Source: a virus. Taken from it: DNA of 64,000 nucleotides. The notes under the pieces are model-generated. The model did no database searches, was not told the origin of the DNA, and saw only the letters and a program-made list of their open reading frames with translations. The stretch lies in IMG/VR virus record IMGVR_UViG_3300006163_000001; one strand, given 5' to 3'. The position numbers were made by a program, and so were the translations under genes. Shown in pieces: positions 31,639 to 40,508 of this stretch; position 1 is the stretch's first letter; each line of letters opens with the position of its first letter.

Positions 31639-31937
31639 TTCTCCCCCGTTCGGTGTTGGTTGGTGGCGTTGAGGATTTGCAGGCAGGTGAGGAGGTCGTC
31701 GCTGTTGCTGCCGGGGGCGGTGTCGTGGGCGGGCGGCGCGTCGCACAGCAGCCGCCAGGCTTTGGCCCGGTCGCGGCGTTCCTGACGCCGGGCTTCGAGC
31801 CGCTGCCAGATCCGTCCAACACCCCAGAGGGCGGTGCCGCCGGCGACGGTGATGCCGATGCCGGGCCCGTAGGTGTCGATGGCATGTTGCAGGCCGGTGA
31901 GCCCGTTGGTGACGGCGTCGATCTGTTCGGGGGTCAC
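31635..31937 (-). CDS. hypothetical protein (1 TM)
   Basis: 100-aa ORF with ATGA overlap. Confidence 0.6.
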   Translation of the reverse strand: MTPEQIDAVTNGLTGLQHAIDTYGPGIGITVAGGTALWGVGRIWQRLEARRQERRDRAKAWRLLCDAPPAHDTAPGSNSDDLLTCLQILNATNQHRTGEK

Positions 31938-32038
31938 GTCCGCCTCCCGGTGCGTGCGGGGCGGACGATGAGGGCGAAGACGACGGCGGCGACGCCGATG
32001 GTGGCGGCGAAGCAGGCGAGGAAGAGGGCGGCGGTCAT
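31934..32038 (-). CDS. tiny membrane protein (34 aa; not in ORF track)
   Basis: MTAALFLACFAATIGVAAVVFALIVRPARTGRRT. ATGA overlap with the MTase stop. Confidence 0.4.
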   Translation of the reverse strand: MTAALFLACFAATIGVAAVVFALIVRPARTGRRT

Positions 32039-32787
32039 GCGGCGCCTCCGGCGAGCGTCAGCGGTATGGCGGCGAGCCGGAGGGCGGCGGCCTCGCAGTA
32101 GTCCTCGCGGGCTTCGATGCCGATGGCGCGTCGGCCCGCGGCTTGGGCGGCGTCGAGGGTGCTGCCGGATCCGGCGAACGGGTCGATGACGAGGCCGCCT
32201 TCGGGGCATGCGTAGCGGATCAGTTGGTCGAGGATCTCGACGGGTTTCTCGGTGGGGTGGCGCCGCTGGTAGCGGACGGATGCCGCCTGGATGACGGAGC
32301 GGGCGAGGCGGGTTCCGTCGTCGACATAGGTGTGCGCGCCGATCTTCCCGGTGTGTGGGGTGCGGGAGTCGCGTCCGCGGGCGGATTTGTCGGGTCCCCT
32401 GTAGGCGGTGCGCGGGGTGTCGTGGTGGATGCCCCGCCAGTCGCCGCGGTACCAGTGGGTGACGTGTTCGTGGACGCGGCGGAAGCGGTCGCGGGCGAAG
32501 CCGGAGCCGTTGCGCTTCTCCCACACCACGTCTTGGCTGAGCTTCCAGTCGGTGAACTCGCCTGCCCGGTCGAGGAACATGCGCATGCTGCCGAAGCACC
32601 ACATGCTGCTCGCGGCTGTGGCGGCCAGGGTGGGCCATCCGTCGGGCCAGACGTCCCAGCCGAGGCTGGTCGACTGGTACGGCGGGTCGGCGACGATCAG
32701 GTCCGCGGTGATGCCGAGCGCGGGGAGTATCTCCCGCATGTCGCCGAGGTACAGCTGGACGGTGTCGTCCTCGTAGTAGGCCTCCAT
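32035..32787 (-). CDS. DNA N6-adenine / N4-cytosine methyltransferase (beta-class motif order)
   Basis: IVADPPYQ (motif IV) lies N-terminal and DPFAGSGST (motif I) C-terminal. Confidence 0.9.
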   Translation of the reverse strand: MEAYYEDDTVQLYLGDMREILPALGITADLIVADPPYQSTSLGWDVWPDGWPTLAATAASSMWCFGSMRMFLDRAGEFTDWKLSQDVVWEKRNGSGFARDRFRRVHEHVTHWYRGDWRGIHHDTPRTAYRGPDKSARGRDSRTPHTGKIGAHTYVDDGTRLARSVIQAASVRYQRRHPTEKPVEILDQLIRYACPEGGLVIDPFAGSGSTLDAAQAAGRRAIGIEAREDYCEAAALRLAAIPLTLAGGAA

Positions 32788-33195
32788 CTACGCGGCCCTC
32801 CGCTCGTCGGCGCGGGCTTGCCGCCGTGCGGCGCGTTCGTCGCGGCGTCGGGCGGCGACCATCTCCCGCATGGCGGGCGGTACGCCGATCCACACGTGGA
32901 CCAGGCTGTGGTGGGCGCGGACGCTGGTTCCGGCCGTGTGGTGGCGGATGATGCCCGCGTTCTGCAGGCGGATCGGCAAGCCGCCCCATTGGCTCTGCGG
33001 CTTCGGCGGATCGGGCAGCCGGTGCTTGCTAGAGATCTCGTCGATGGTGAAGGGCTGACGGGTGTCGGCGGCGGCCACGTAGTACGGCCAGACTTCGTCG
33101 ACCCACGCCTCGTAGTCGTCGATGACGCGGCGGGTGGTAGCGGGGGCCGGGGCGGTGAGCTCGGTGCCGTCGAAGGCGGGCTGGATGTGGGTCAT
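32788..33195 (-). CDS. hypothetical protein
   Basis: 135-aa ORF. Confidence 0.7.
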   Translation of the reverse strand: MTHIQPAFDGTELTAPAPATTRRVIDDYEAWVDEVWPYYVAAADTRQPFTIDEISSKHRLPDPPKPQSQWGGLPIRLQNAGIIRHHTAGTSVRAHHSLVHVWIGVPPAMREMVAARRRDERAARRQARADERRAA

Positions 33196-33524
33196 GACGC
33201 TGCCTCCTCGGGCGTGCCGTGCTGCTCGAGCTCGGCGTCGGTCATGAGCGGGTGCGGGATCCGGCCGGTACGCAGGACGTCGCGCAGGTCGGCGGCGGAG
33301 GTGCGGAGGGTGTGGTTGCGCTCGATCCGCGCGGACTCGGCGGGTGTGACCTCGTCGACGAACAGGCCCTCACTCGGGTCGGGCTTCGGGCCGGCGATCT
33401 GCTCCCAGCGGTCGGCGAGTGTGGTGAGCGTGGCGCGAAGGTCTGTCTCGGAGTGGGTGGGCAGGTCGTAGCCGGGCCCGGTGTGGGTAAGGCCCGCGAG
33501 GACGCGGCGCCAGACGTTGGTCAT
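33192..33524 (-). CDS. hypothetical protein
   Basis: 110-aa ORF with RBS AAGGAGA. Confidence 0.7.
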   Translation of the reverse strand: MTNVWRRVLAGLTHTGPGYDLPTHSETDLRATLTTLADRWEQIAGPKPDPSEGLFVDEVTPAESARIERNHTLRTSAADLRDVLRTGRIPHPLMTDAELEQHGTPEEAAS

Positions 33525-33542
33525 CTGTGGTCTCCTTGGAGT

Positions 33543-33569
33543 GGCCGGCCGCGCTGCCCGCGGCCGGCC
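33543..33569 (-). terminator. stem-loop
   Basis: GGCCGGCCGCG-ctgcc-CGCGGCCGGCC, 11-bp stem. Confidence 0.55.
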
Positions 33570-33584
33570 GTTCGCGTGTGCGGG

Positions 33585-34520
33585 CTACTGCTCGGCGTCG
33601 ACGAGTTCGGCGTCGTAGGCGCCGTCCTCGTCCGGTCCGACCGCCTCTGCCTTCTTGCGGTCGGCGATTTCCTTGAGGTCGGCGATGAGCTGGTCGTTGA
33701 GGTGGCCTGCGGCGAAAGCGCGGCGGTAGACGTCGCCGACGTCGTCCGGGGTCAGGGCGCCTTCGGCTTCGGCGAGGTAATCCGGGCGGGGCCCCTCGAT
33801 CGCAGCCACGGCCCGGCTGCCGCTCGCCGGATCCAGGGCGACTGCGGCGGTCATCGGTCCGGCCAGCGCCTGCCGCGGGGTCACCCCGCGAAGCTCGACG
33901 ACCACGACGGGGAACTTCTTCGTCTGGCCGTCGCGGACGACCTGCCGCGGCTCGATCCGCAGCGTCACCGGCACGAAGCCCTTGCCGTCGGTTCCGGCGA
34001 GGACCATGTCGACCATGCCGCCCCACTCCCCTGCGGCGTAGAAGGAGTGGGTCTCGGCCCGCCACATGCCCATGCCGGACAGATCCGGCAGCATCACGTT
34101 GAGGCGGGACGTGGTGGAGCAGACGGTGCCCTTCTTCTGCTGGTGCCAGTCCTCGCCGAACCGGGCCGCGCAGATGCACGGCTGACGTGAGAGAAGCTCG
34201 GTGTCGCCGTCGCAGCGGCGCTGGCAGCCACCCGCGGACCACATCTCGTTGTACTGATTCAGCGGGTCCCCGGGGGTGATCAGCGCCTCAATCGAGGACG
34301 CCTTGGTGATGACCCGCCACTGGGTGATCGTCGAGTTGAGCGGCTGCCACTGCTCGGGTTCGCCGCCCCACAGTTCGGCCGCGGCGCGGACGTGCTCCTC
34401 GGAATGGGAGGTGACGACCCACGTGGCGGACCGCATGGGCCGCTTGCCCTGGGTGTAGCCGGTGCGGAGGCGGCCGTGCTCGGCGGCACGGGCCTGAATG
34501 TTGCGGAGTCGGGAGCCCAC
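33585..34520 (-). CDS. putative ssDNA-binding/annealing (recombination) protein; family unresolved
   Basis: GTG preceded by GAAAGGTGG. It sits directly downstream of the exonuclease and has an acidic C-terminal tail (DEDGAYDAELVDAEQ). The function is inferred from context only. Confidence 0.6.
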   Translation of the reverse strand: MGSRLRNIQARAAEHGRLRTGYTQGKRPMRSATWVVTSHSEEHVRAAAELWGGEPEQWQPLNSTITQWRVITKASSIEALITPGDPLNQYNEMWSAGGCQRRCDGDTELLSRQPCICAARFGEDWHQQKKGTVCSTTSRLNVMLPDLSGMGMWRAETHSFYAAGEWGGMVDMVLAGTDGKGFVPVTLRIEPRQVVRDGQTKKFPVVVVELRGVTPRQALAGPMTAAVALDPASGSRAVAAIEGPRPDYLAEAEGALTPDDVGDVYRRAFAAGHLNDQLIADLKEIADRKKAEAVGPDEDGAYDAELVDAEQ

Positions 34521-34522
34521 GG

Positions 34523-35368
34523 TCAGGCCACCTTTCGGAAGTTGCGCCACCGGGCCGGGACGGGCTGGTCCGGGGCGAGGAGGGCGGGATATGAGGAGGG
34601 GGCGGCGTGGTGCCACAGCGCGTTGACGAGGGCGCCGCGGAACGCCCTGTGGGCTTCACGTCCGGCGGGCATCTCGACGAGGGCGTGGGACTTGGCCCGC
34701 AGGTTGAGGACGCCGGTCCGTTGGATCTCCGGCATCGGTTGCTCGGTGTCGTCCGGAAGGAGGACGGTCTCGCAGTAGCGCAGTGCCGCCAGCTGCTGGG
34801 TGTTCTCCGGGTAGACGGCCTTCGCGGAGCGCGTGGCTGACGTCTTGAAGTCGATCAGCCACAGTTCGAGGGCGCGGCGCTTGCCGGTGGGCAGCCAGAT
34901 CATGAGGTCGGCGGTGCCGGCGTAGCCGAGTCGGCGGTGCAGGCAGGTGATCTCGGCGGCTTCGACGTGCTTGTCGATGTCGACGCCCCAGAAGCCGAGG
35001 AAGGCTTCCAGTTGAGCGAGGTAGGGGGCGACTTCGCGGGCGACTGCGAATGGGGCGCCGAGGAGGCGCAGTTCGGCGGCCTTGTGGATGACGGTGCCGA
35101 GGTCTGCGGCCTGGTCGCGGGCGTCGATGTGGATCTGCTTGAGCTGCTTGGTGAGCGCTGCCCGGTCGGTGATCGCTCGGCGGGCGACTTCCATGCGGTG
35201 GTCGAGGATCCACTCGACGGTGAGCTTGACCGCCCACGGCATCAGTGACCGCGTCTTGTTGACCGAGGTGTCGAGGACGTTGGTGACGGAGACGAGGTCG
35301 GGTCCACCAGCTGGGTCGGTGTAGTAGCGGCCGTTTTCGGTTTCGCGGGCGTGGCGTGGCTCGGTCAC
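34523..35368 (-). CDS. PD-(D/E)XK RecB/Cas4-like exonuclease
   Basis: GTG with GTGA overlap. YTDPAGG...VSVTNVL, GTADLM and ELWLIDFKTS (D...ExK core). Confidence 0.8.
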   Translation of the reverse strand: MTEPRHARETENGRYYTDPAGGPDLVSVTNVLDTSVNKTRSLMPWAVKLTVEWILDHRMEVARRAITDRAALTKQLKQIHIDARDQAADLGTVIHKAAELRLLGAPFAVAREVAPYLAQLEAFLGFWGVDIDKHVEAAEITCLHRRLGYAGTADLMIWLPTGKRRALELWLIDFKTSATRSAKAVYPENTQQLAALRYCETVLLPDDTEQPMPEIQRTGVLNLRAKSHALVEMPAGREAHRAFRGALVNALWHHAAPSSYPALLAPDQPVPARWRNFRKVA

Positions 35369-35700
35369 GCGACACCGTCCAGCGGCATCGGGCGGGCGCA
35401 GGCCTCGCACAGGCCGGACGGCACGAACGGCCCGTCGTTCTGCTTGCAGCGGGTGCAGCGCCCAGCCGCGATGTCCTGCAGCCGGTCCACGCCGTCGGGG
35501 TCGTAGTGGATGGCGGTGATCGCGGCCACGTACTCGGGGAACCCGGCGGCCAGCCGGTCGAGGTTGGACGGGTCGGCGGTCCCCATGGCGGTGAGGAGTG
35601 CGGTGGTGAAGGAGCCGGCCTGGTAGCCGCCCTCGCGGCCGTAGTGGAACAGGACGTGCGCTGCGACGTCCGGCGGAATGGTGGGGCTGCTGGTGCTCAT
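35365..35700 (-). CDS. hypothetical protein with C-terminal CxxC...CxxC
   Basis: 111-aa ORF. Confidence 0.7.
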   Translation of the reverse strand: MSTSSPTIPPDVAAHVLFHYGREGGYQAGSFTTALLTAMGTADPSNLDRLAAGFPEYVAAITAIHYDPDGVDRLQDIAAGRCTRCKQNDGPFVPSGLCEACARPMPLDGVA

Positions 35701-35729
35701 GTGTCCTCGTTTCTGGGTGCACTAAGGGC

Positions 35730-35773
35730 GGGCCCGCTCCGCTGGGCGGGGGGTGCTCCGGCGGAGCGGGCCC
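35730..35773 (-). terminator. stem-loop
   Basis: GGGCCCGCTCCGC ... GCGGAGCGGGCCC, 13-bp stem with an 18-nt loop. Confidence 0.5.
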
Positions 35774-35827
35774 TGGATGGCCGCGGCGCACAACGGGGGG
35801 AAAGCGCCAGGCGGCCGGTCTGTGTGG

Positions 35828-36373
35828 CTACTTGGCCTTGGCGGCGAGTGCGGCCCTGACTGCGGCGGTGATCTGGTCGCTGACCTTGTTGCCGAGCTCG
35901 CCGGCGACCATTTCGCGGGCCTGCTTGACGGCGTCGGCGATCTCCGCCCCGAACGCCTTGTGGACCTCGTCGCGCACCAGCTTCTGCAGGACGGTGCCGT
36001 CCTCGCGCCGGTACTTGTCGGCGGGCTCCTTCATGAACTTGCGGGCCTCGTCGACGATGACCTCGGACAGTGTGGTGACCTGCCCGGTGGGTTCGCCGTA
36101 GCCGTTGGTTTTCTTGATGGGCCGGGTTACGGCTTCGACGATGGCGGGGCGGATTGCGGCCCGGATCTCCTCGTCGCGGATCTCGGTGACCCGCTCTTTG
36201 AGGCGCGGGTAACGGTCGTCGCGGACGACGCTGGTGACGATCCGTTCAGCGACCAGGTCGGCGACGGTCTTCTCTCGGCCTGCGGGGACAAGGTCTCCGT
36301 CCTCGTCGTAGCTCATGACGTCTGCGACGACGGTCGAGAGGGTGATGTCGTCGACCTTGATTTCGATGTTCAC
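35828..36373 (-). CDS. hypothetical protein
   Basis: 181-aa ORF with mixed-charge helical composition. Confidence 0.7.
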   Translation of the reverse strand: MNIEIKVDDITLSTVVADVMSYDEDGDLVPAGREKTVADLVAERIVTSVVRDDRYPRLKERVTEIRDEEIRAAIRPAIVEAVTRPIKKTNGYGEPTGQVTTLSEVIVDEARKFMKEPADKYRREDGTVLQKLVRDEVHKAFGAEIADAVKQAREMVAGELGNKVSDQITAAVRAALAAKAK

Positions 36374-36437
36374 GCGTTCTCCTGGGATGCTTGTTCGGAT
36401 CCCCGGGTGTCTGCCGCACTCGGGGATTTTGGGCGGG

Positions 36438-37079
36438 TCAAGCGGCGGTCGGCTCAGCGACCGGCTCGTCGCGCTTTGCGGCCTTCCACGCGTCGAGTTC
36501 GCGGCGGAGTTCGAGGTCGGCGCCTTCGCGACGGATCGGCATCTGCCCGCCGAGGAAGTCGGCGGCGACGATCAGCGACATGCGGCCCTCGCCCGTCGAC
36601 CACATCTGGACGGGCTTCGGCAGGTTCTTCCAGGCGCCGAAGAACTTCGGGTCCATGGCCATCTGGGCATCGGCGGCGGGCTTCTCCAGGGCGGGCAGGA
36701 GCAGCTTCCGCCAGTCCAACGGGGCCTTGGTGTACGGGCTGAAGTCGACGGCGACCCGGTGCCCGCGCTTCCCCGAAAGGATCAGCTGGCTGTCGGTGCG
36801 CTCCAGTTGGACGGTGTCCGCGTCGAGGAGGCGCACAGCGGCGGCGAGCTCGGGAATCTGGGTGCGGTGGACGATGGCCGCCCACGGTTCGTCGTCTCCG
36901 CCGGTGACCTGCGTGCGGGCTACGGCGATCGTGTACCGGTTGGTGGCCATGGCGTACAGGTGGCGGCCGTCGTGGTCGAAGGTGATGCACTGGACGGCTT
37001 CGGCGTCGACCAGGTTCCCGACGTGGGGGCGGGTTTGGGCGACGAGGCGACTGAGGGTGTGGTCGGCGATGGTGATCAC
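36438..37079 (-). CDS. short beta-clamp (DnaN)-like paralog
   Basis: 213 aa. LSRLVAQTRPHVG...HLYAMATNRYTIAVAR resembles the DnaN domain signature (ATDGHRLA-type). Confidence 0.6.
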   Translation of the reverse strand: MITIADHTLSRLVAQTRPHVGNLVDAEAVQCITFDHDGRHLYAMATNRYTIAVARTQVTGGDDEPWAAIVHRTQIPELAAAVRLLDADTVQLERTDSQLILSGKRGHRVAVDFSPYTKAPLDWRKLLLPALEKPAADAQMAMDPKFFGAWKNLPKPVQMWSTGEGRMSLIVAADFLGGQMPIRREGADLELRRELDAWKAAKRDEPVAEPTAA

Positions 37080-37100
37080 AGCTGGGGTCTCCTGGGCGGG

Positions 37101-38210
37101 TCAGAGGCGGACGGGCATGACGAGGTGGCGGTAGTCGGTGGTGTCGTCGCCGTCTGCGTGGACGAGGGCCGGCTTGGTGGGCGCGGTGAGTCCGATGCGG
37201 ACCTGTTCGGTGCCGGCGACGGTCAGCGCGTCGAGGATCGGCGCGGGCTGGAAGGCGATCTGCAGCGGCGGCCCGTCGATGTGGCGGCCTTCGATGTAGT
37301 CGAGGGCGACAGCGCCGGTGTCGTCGCCGGCGGCCCGCACGGAGATGTCGTCGGTGCCGAAGCCGATGAGGATTTTCGGCTTGCCGTCTCCGGCGACCAG
37401 GCAGGCTCGTTTGATGGCGGTGACTAGGCCGTCGACGGGGATGATCGCCTCGGTGGTGAACTGCTCCGGGATGAACTGGTGCGGGTCGAGGCGTCCGGTC
37501 TCGTCGAGCCGGTCCACGGTCGAGTAGCGGATGCTGTCCGCGACCCCGACGGTCTTTCCGGTCAGGGCGAGGCCGATTGTTCCGGTGAGGCCGCGGACCG
37601 CATCGGCGAGGGACTTGCCTGCGATGAGCGCCCCGACCGGGCCCTGTTCCCGGGCCGGTGTCCACGGGATGGAGCGTTCGGCCATGCGGTAGCGGTCGGT
37701 TGCCCACAGCGTCAGCCGGTCGCCGACGGCGGTGAGTTGTACGCCGGCCCGCCACACCTGCAGGTCGTTGACCTTCGGGTCGGTTGCGGACACGGTCTGC
37801 CGGACGGCCTCGGCGAGTTCTGCGGCGTCGACGGTGCCGTCCGCCTCCAGCTGGTCGGCGACCTGCGGGTAGTCGGCGGCCTGCAGCAGCGACAGCCGGA
37901 ACCGGTCCCGGCCTGCGGTGATCTCGGCCTGCTGGTGGTCTGTGGCCAGTTCGAGCAGCTCGGACCGGTAGGAGGCGACGACTTGGGCGGCCATGCGGCC
38001 GGGGACGACGATCCGGCCCGGCTCCAGGACGTCGGCGGGCAGGGTGGCCCGTGCGCCTCCGCCGTGGCTGGCGGCGCCGATGGTGACGGTGTCGTCGGCG
38101 GCGTCGATGAGCAGCCCGGCGAAGATGGGCATGGTGGGTTTGGCGTCCAGCTGGGTGGCGGCCCAGGCGAGGAGGTCGGCGAACTGGCGCCGTGTGACAC
38201 GGGCCTTCAC
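37101..38210 (-). CDS. dnaN: DNA polymerase III beta sliding clamp
   Basis: GTG preceded by GGAGGAGG. 369 aa with three-domain length, LTLWATDRYRMAE, and C-terminal YRHLVMPVRL. Confidence 0.85.
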   Translation of the reverse strand: MKARVTRRQFADLLAWAATQLDAKPTMPIFAGLLIDAADDTVTIGAASHGGGARATLPADVLEPGRIVVPGRMAAQVVASYRSELLELATDHQQAEITAGRDRFRLSLLQAADYPQVADQLEADGTVDAAELAEAVRQTVSATDPKVNDLQVWRAGVQLTAVGDRLTLWATDRYRMAERSIPWTPAREQGPVGALIAGKSLADAVRGLTGTIGLALTGKTVGVADSIRYSTVDRLDETGRLDPHQFIPEQFTTEAIIPVDGLVTAIKRACLVAGDGKPKILIGFGTDDISVRAAGDDTGAVALDYIEGRHIDGPPLQIAFQPAPILDALTVAGTEQVRIGLTAPTKPALVHADGDDTTDYRHLVMPVRL

Positions 38211-38368
38211 GCCGCCTCCTCCGCTCCGGTGTCGTCGAAGGCGAGCTGGTCGGGGTCGGCGGCTGGCGTCTCCGGCTCGGGCTCCGGGGCGGCGACGGGC
38301 CAGGGCTGGGGCTGTCCGCTGCCGGTGACGGCGGTGTCGGGGAACAGGGCGAGCTGGGTGGCGTCCAT
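38207..38368 (-). CDS. small acidic protein with N-terminal clamp-binding-like motif (53 aa; not in ORF track)
   Basis: ATG preceded by AGGAGA. MDATQLALFPD... GTGA overlap with the dnaN start. Confidence 0.5.
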   Translation of the reverse strand: MDATQLALFPDTAVTGSGQPQPWPVAAPEPEPETPAADPDQLAFDDTGAEEAA

Positions 38369-38386
38369 GGCGGTCTCCTGGCAGGG

Positions 38387-39052
38387 TCAGGCGGCCGTGG
38401 CCGCGGAAGGGATGGGGGCGCCGGCCTGTTCGGCGGGGACGTCGTCCATGGCGCGGATCAGCTCGCAGCCGGGGCATTCGCAGCGCCAGCCGTTCTCGCC
38501 ACTGCCCTTCTGGCCGTGCTCGGCGTGCAGTCGCTGGCCCTGCTCGGCGACGAACTCGCGCAGCCGCCAGATCTCGTCGCGCTGCTTCTCGACGAGCTGG
38601 ATTTCCTGGTTCTGGCGGCGAACATCGGCGAGCTGGCTTTCGCCGCCGCCGAACGCGCCAAGTGGCAGATGTCCGGCCTGATCGGCGGCGGCCTTCAGTT
38701 CACGGGTGAGCTCGACCGGCACCCGCCCGTCAGGCAGTTCGGCCGCGCGATGGATCAGTGCGTTGATTTCGCGGGCGGACTGGGAGACGAGGCTGTTCAG
38801 GTAGATTCCGGCCCAGGCCCGCCTGTCCTCGACGGCCGTGCGTCGGGCCGCGGTGCGGGTGGCGCGCTCGCTCTTCGCTCGGTCCTGCAGCAGGTTGCTG
38901 TAGTTGTTCTCGTGGCGGCGGGACTCCTTCCAGGAGCGGTCCACCTCGTTGAGGAGTACCTCGACGTCGCTCAGGCCGGTGACGTTGTCGCCGAGTCGGG
39001 CATGCTCTTCACGTAGGGCGGCGACACGCTCGGCGGCGGATGTGTTGGTCAT
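38387..39052 (-). CDS. hypothetical coiled-coil protein
   Basis: ATG 39052 preceded by GGAGG. 221 aa. Confidence 0.7.
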   Translation of the reverse strand: MTNTSAAERVAALREEHARLGDNVTGLSDVEVLLNEVDRSWKESRRHENNYSNLLQDRAKSERATRTAARRTAVEDRRAWAGIYLNSLVSQSAREINALIHRAAELPDGRVPVELTRELKAAADQAGHLPLGAFGGGESQLADVRRQNQEIQLVEKQRDEIWRLREFVAEQGQRLHAEHGQKGSGENGWRCECPGCELIRAMDDVPAEQAGAPIPSAATAA

Positions 39053-39086
39053 TGCGGGCAACCTCCGTGGGATGCTGGTGGTGGAT

Positions 39087-39111
39087 CCCCGTCGACTTCA
39101 CCTCGACGGGG
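39087..39111. terminator. stem-loop
   Basis: CCCCGTCGA-cttcacc-TCGACGGGG, followed by GTTTCTTCTT on the plus strand. Confidence 0.5.
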
Positions 39112-39164
39112 GTTTCTTCTTGGGCGCCGCCTCGCCGACCGGTGGCATCCGGCGCGGCGGCTAG

Positions 39165-39620
39165 TCAGTGGGTGGCGATGTGCCCGGGGTCGGTGACGGG
39201 CCCGAGGAGTCCGGCGTCGCGGGCTTCCCAGAGGGCGGTCACGTTGATCGGCCCGGTCGCCTGGTCTTCGATCGCGCTGGTGTCGCGGACCATGGGCGGC
39301 ACGTCGACGCGGGCCGCGTTGGCTTCGGCGGCGAGCTGGGGTCCGAAGCGGGCCTGCAGTTGCAGGGCGCGGTCCCGCCACTCGTTGCGGTCGGTGGTGA
39401 GTTCGTCGATGTCGGCCTGCTGCTGCACGACGATGAGTTCGGCGTCGCCCTGCCTGGTCCGGGCTTCGTCGAGGTCTTGGCGAAGGAGTGCGACCTCGTC
39501 TCCCGCGGCGTGCAGGTTGCTGAGGAGGATGACGTTCTCCCGGCGGAGCTCGGCCACCTTGTCGACGGCGCGGCGGCTGCCGGATCCCCGCAGGCCGGGG
39601 ATGAGTTCGGTGAGTGTCAC
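39165..39620 (-). CDS. hypothetical coiled-coil protein
   Basis: 151-aa ORF with GTG start. Confidence 0.7.
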   Translation of the reverse strand: MTLTELIPGLRGSGSRRAVDKVAELRRENVILLSNLHAAGDEVALLRQDLDEARTRQGDAELIVVQQQADIDELTTDRNEWRDRALQLQARFGPQLAAEANAARVDVPPMVRDTSAIEDQATGPINVTALWEARDAGLLGPVTDPGHIATH

Positions 39621-39715
39621 TGCTGTCCCTTCCGGGCTTGGATGCGGGCGGCGATGTACTCGCCGAACAGGAGGAGGAAGACGGCCCCGGCGATCAGGAG
39701 CGCGTTGAGGATCAC
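39617..39715 (-). CDS. tiny membrane protein (32 aa; not in ORF track)
   Basis: VILNALLIAGAVFLLLFGEYIAARIQARKGQQ with GTGA overlaps at both ends. Confidence 0.4.
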   Translation of the reverse strand: MILNALLIAGAVFLLLFGEYIAARIQARKGQQ

Positions 39716-39933
39716 GGCGCCTCCAGTCCGAGCGCGGCGAGGAGTTCGAGGACCCCGGCGGCCACTGCCGGGTCTTTGGCGATGAGCCGGCCGGACAGGC
39801 GCGGCATGCAGTCGTCCAGCGGGTGCGGGTGTTCGGCGGCGACCCGGTCGGCGCAGTGCACGGCCGCGGCCCGGCGGACGGCTGCCGTGAGGTCGCCGAC
39901 GACGAGGGCCTCCTGCTTCAGCTCGGAGCCCAT
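39712..39933 (-). CDS. hypothetical protein (73 aa)
   Basis: Internal ATG (MGSELKQEALVV). Confidence 0.55.
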   Translation of the reverse strand: MGSELKQEALVVGDLTAAVRRAAAVHCADRVAAEHPHPLDDCMPRLSGRLIAKDPAVAAGVLELLAALGLEAP

Positions 39934-40079
39934 CAGGCCTCCTGGCTGAGTCGTTCGAGGTAGGCCTCGTAGGAGTCGTCGGTGGTGTCGGGTTCCGGCG
40001 GCGTCTGGCCGAGCCAGGCGGCGAGGCCGGGGACGACGATCGTCGGAGGCAGGGCGGCCAGGTCGATGACGGCACTCAC
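39933..40079 (-). CDS. small hypothetical protein (48 aa)
   Basis: GTG preceded by GGCGGAGG. GTGA overlap with the upstream ORF. Confidence 0.4.
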   Translation of the reverse strand: MSAVIDLAALPPTIVVPGLAAWLGQTPPEPDTTDDSYEAYLERLSQEA

Positions 40080-40255
40080 GAGGCCTCCGCCCATCCGAAT
40101 TCGGCGTGCACGGCGTTGATTTCGTCGAAGTAGTCGCGCCACTGTTGCGGCGTCCACAGGGCTTCGTCGCAGCCGAAGTCGGCGTGCAGGCGCTGGTCGA
40201 CACGGGCCAGCTCGGACACCTCGGCGTCCGCAGGGCGGGGAAGGGCGGTCGCCAT
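40076..40255 (-). CDS. small hypothetical protein (59 aa; not in ORF track)
   Basis: ATG preceded by GGAGGTGG. MATALPRPADAEVSELARVDQRLHADFGCDEALWTPQQWRDYFDEI... Confidence 0.5.
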   Translation of the reverse strand: MATALPRPADAEVSELARVDQRLHADFGCDEALWTPQQWRDYFDEINAVHAEFGWAEAS

Positions 40256-40256
40256 C

Positions 40257-40508
40257 TCACGCCACCTCCGGGAGCTTCTTGATCTGCTCCTGCCGCTGCA
40301 CCCACGCCTTGAGTTCGGCGACGGCGGTCTCCAGCTCTTCGAGCGCCTCGACGGGCGAGCGGGTGACGGAGATGGCGATGGACTGGGTGCCCTCGCCGAG
40401 GACGAGGCGGGCGTTCGGCTTGCCGTCGAAGTCGCTACGCGAGTACTGGGTGCGGATCGGCCCGTCGAGCAGGTCGAGGGCGATGCCGCCGTACAGCTGG
40501 GCAGTCAC
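40257..40508 (-). CDS. hypothetical protein (83 aa)
   Basis: GTG with GTGA overlap. Confidence 0.6.
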   Translation of the reverse strand: MTAQLYGGIALDLLDGPIRTQYSRSDFDGKPNARLVLGEGTQSIAISVTRSPVEALEELETAVAELKAWVQRQEQIKKLPEVA

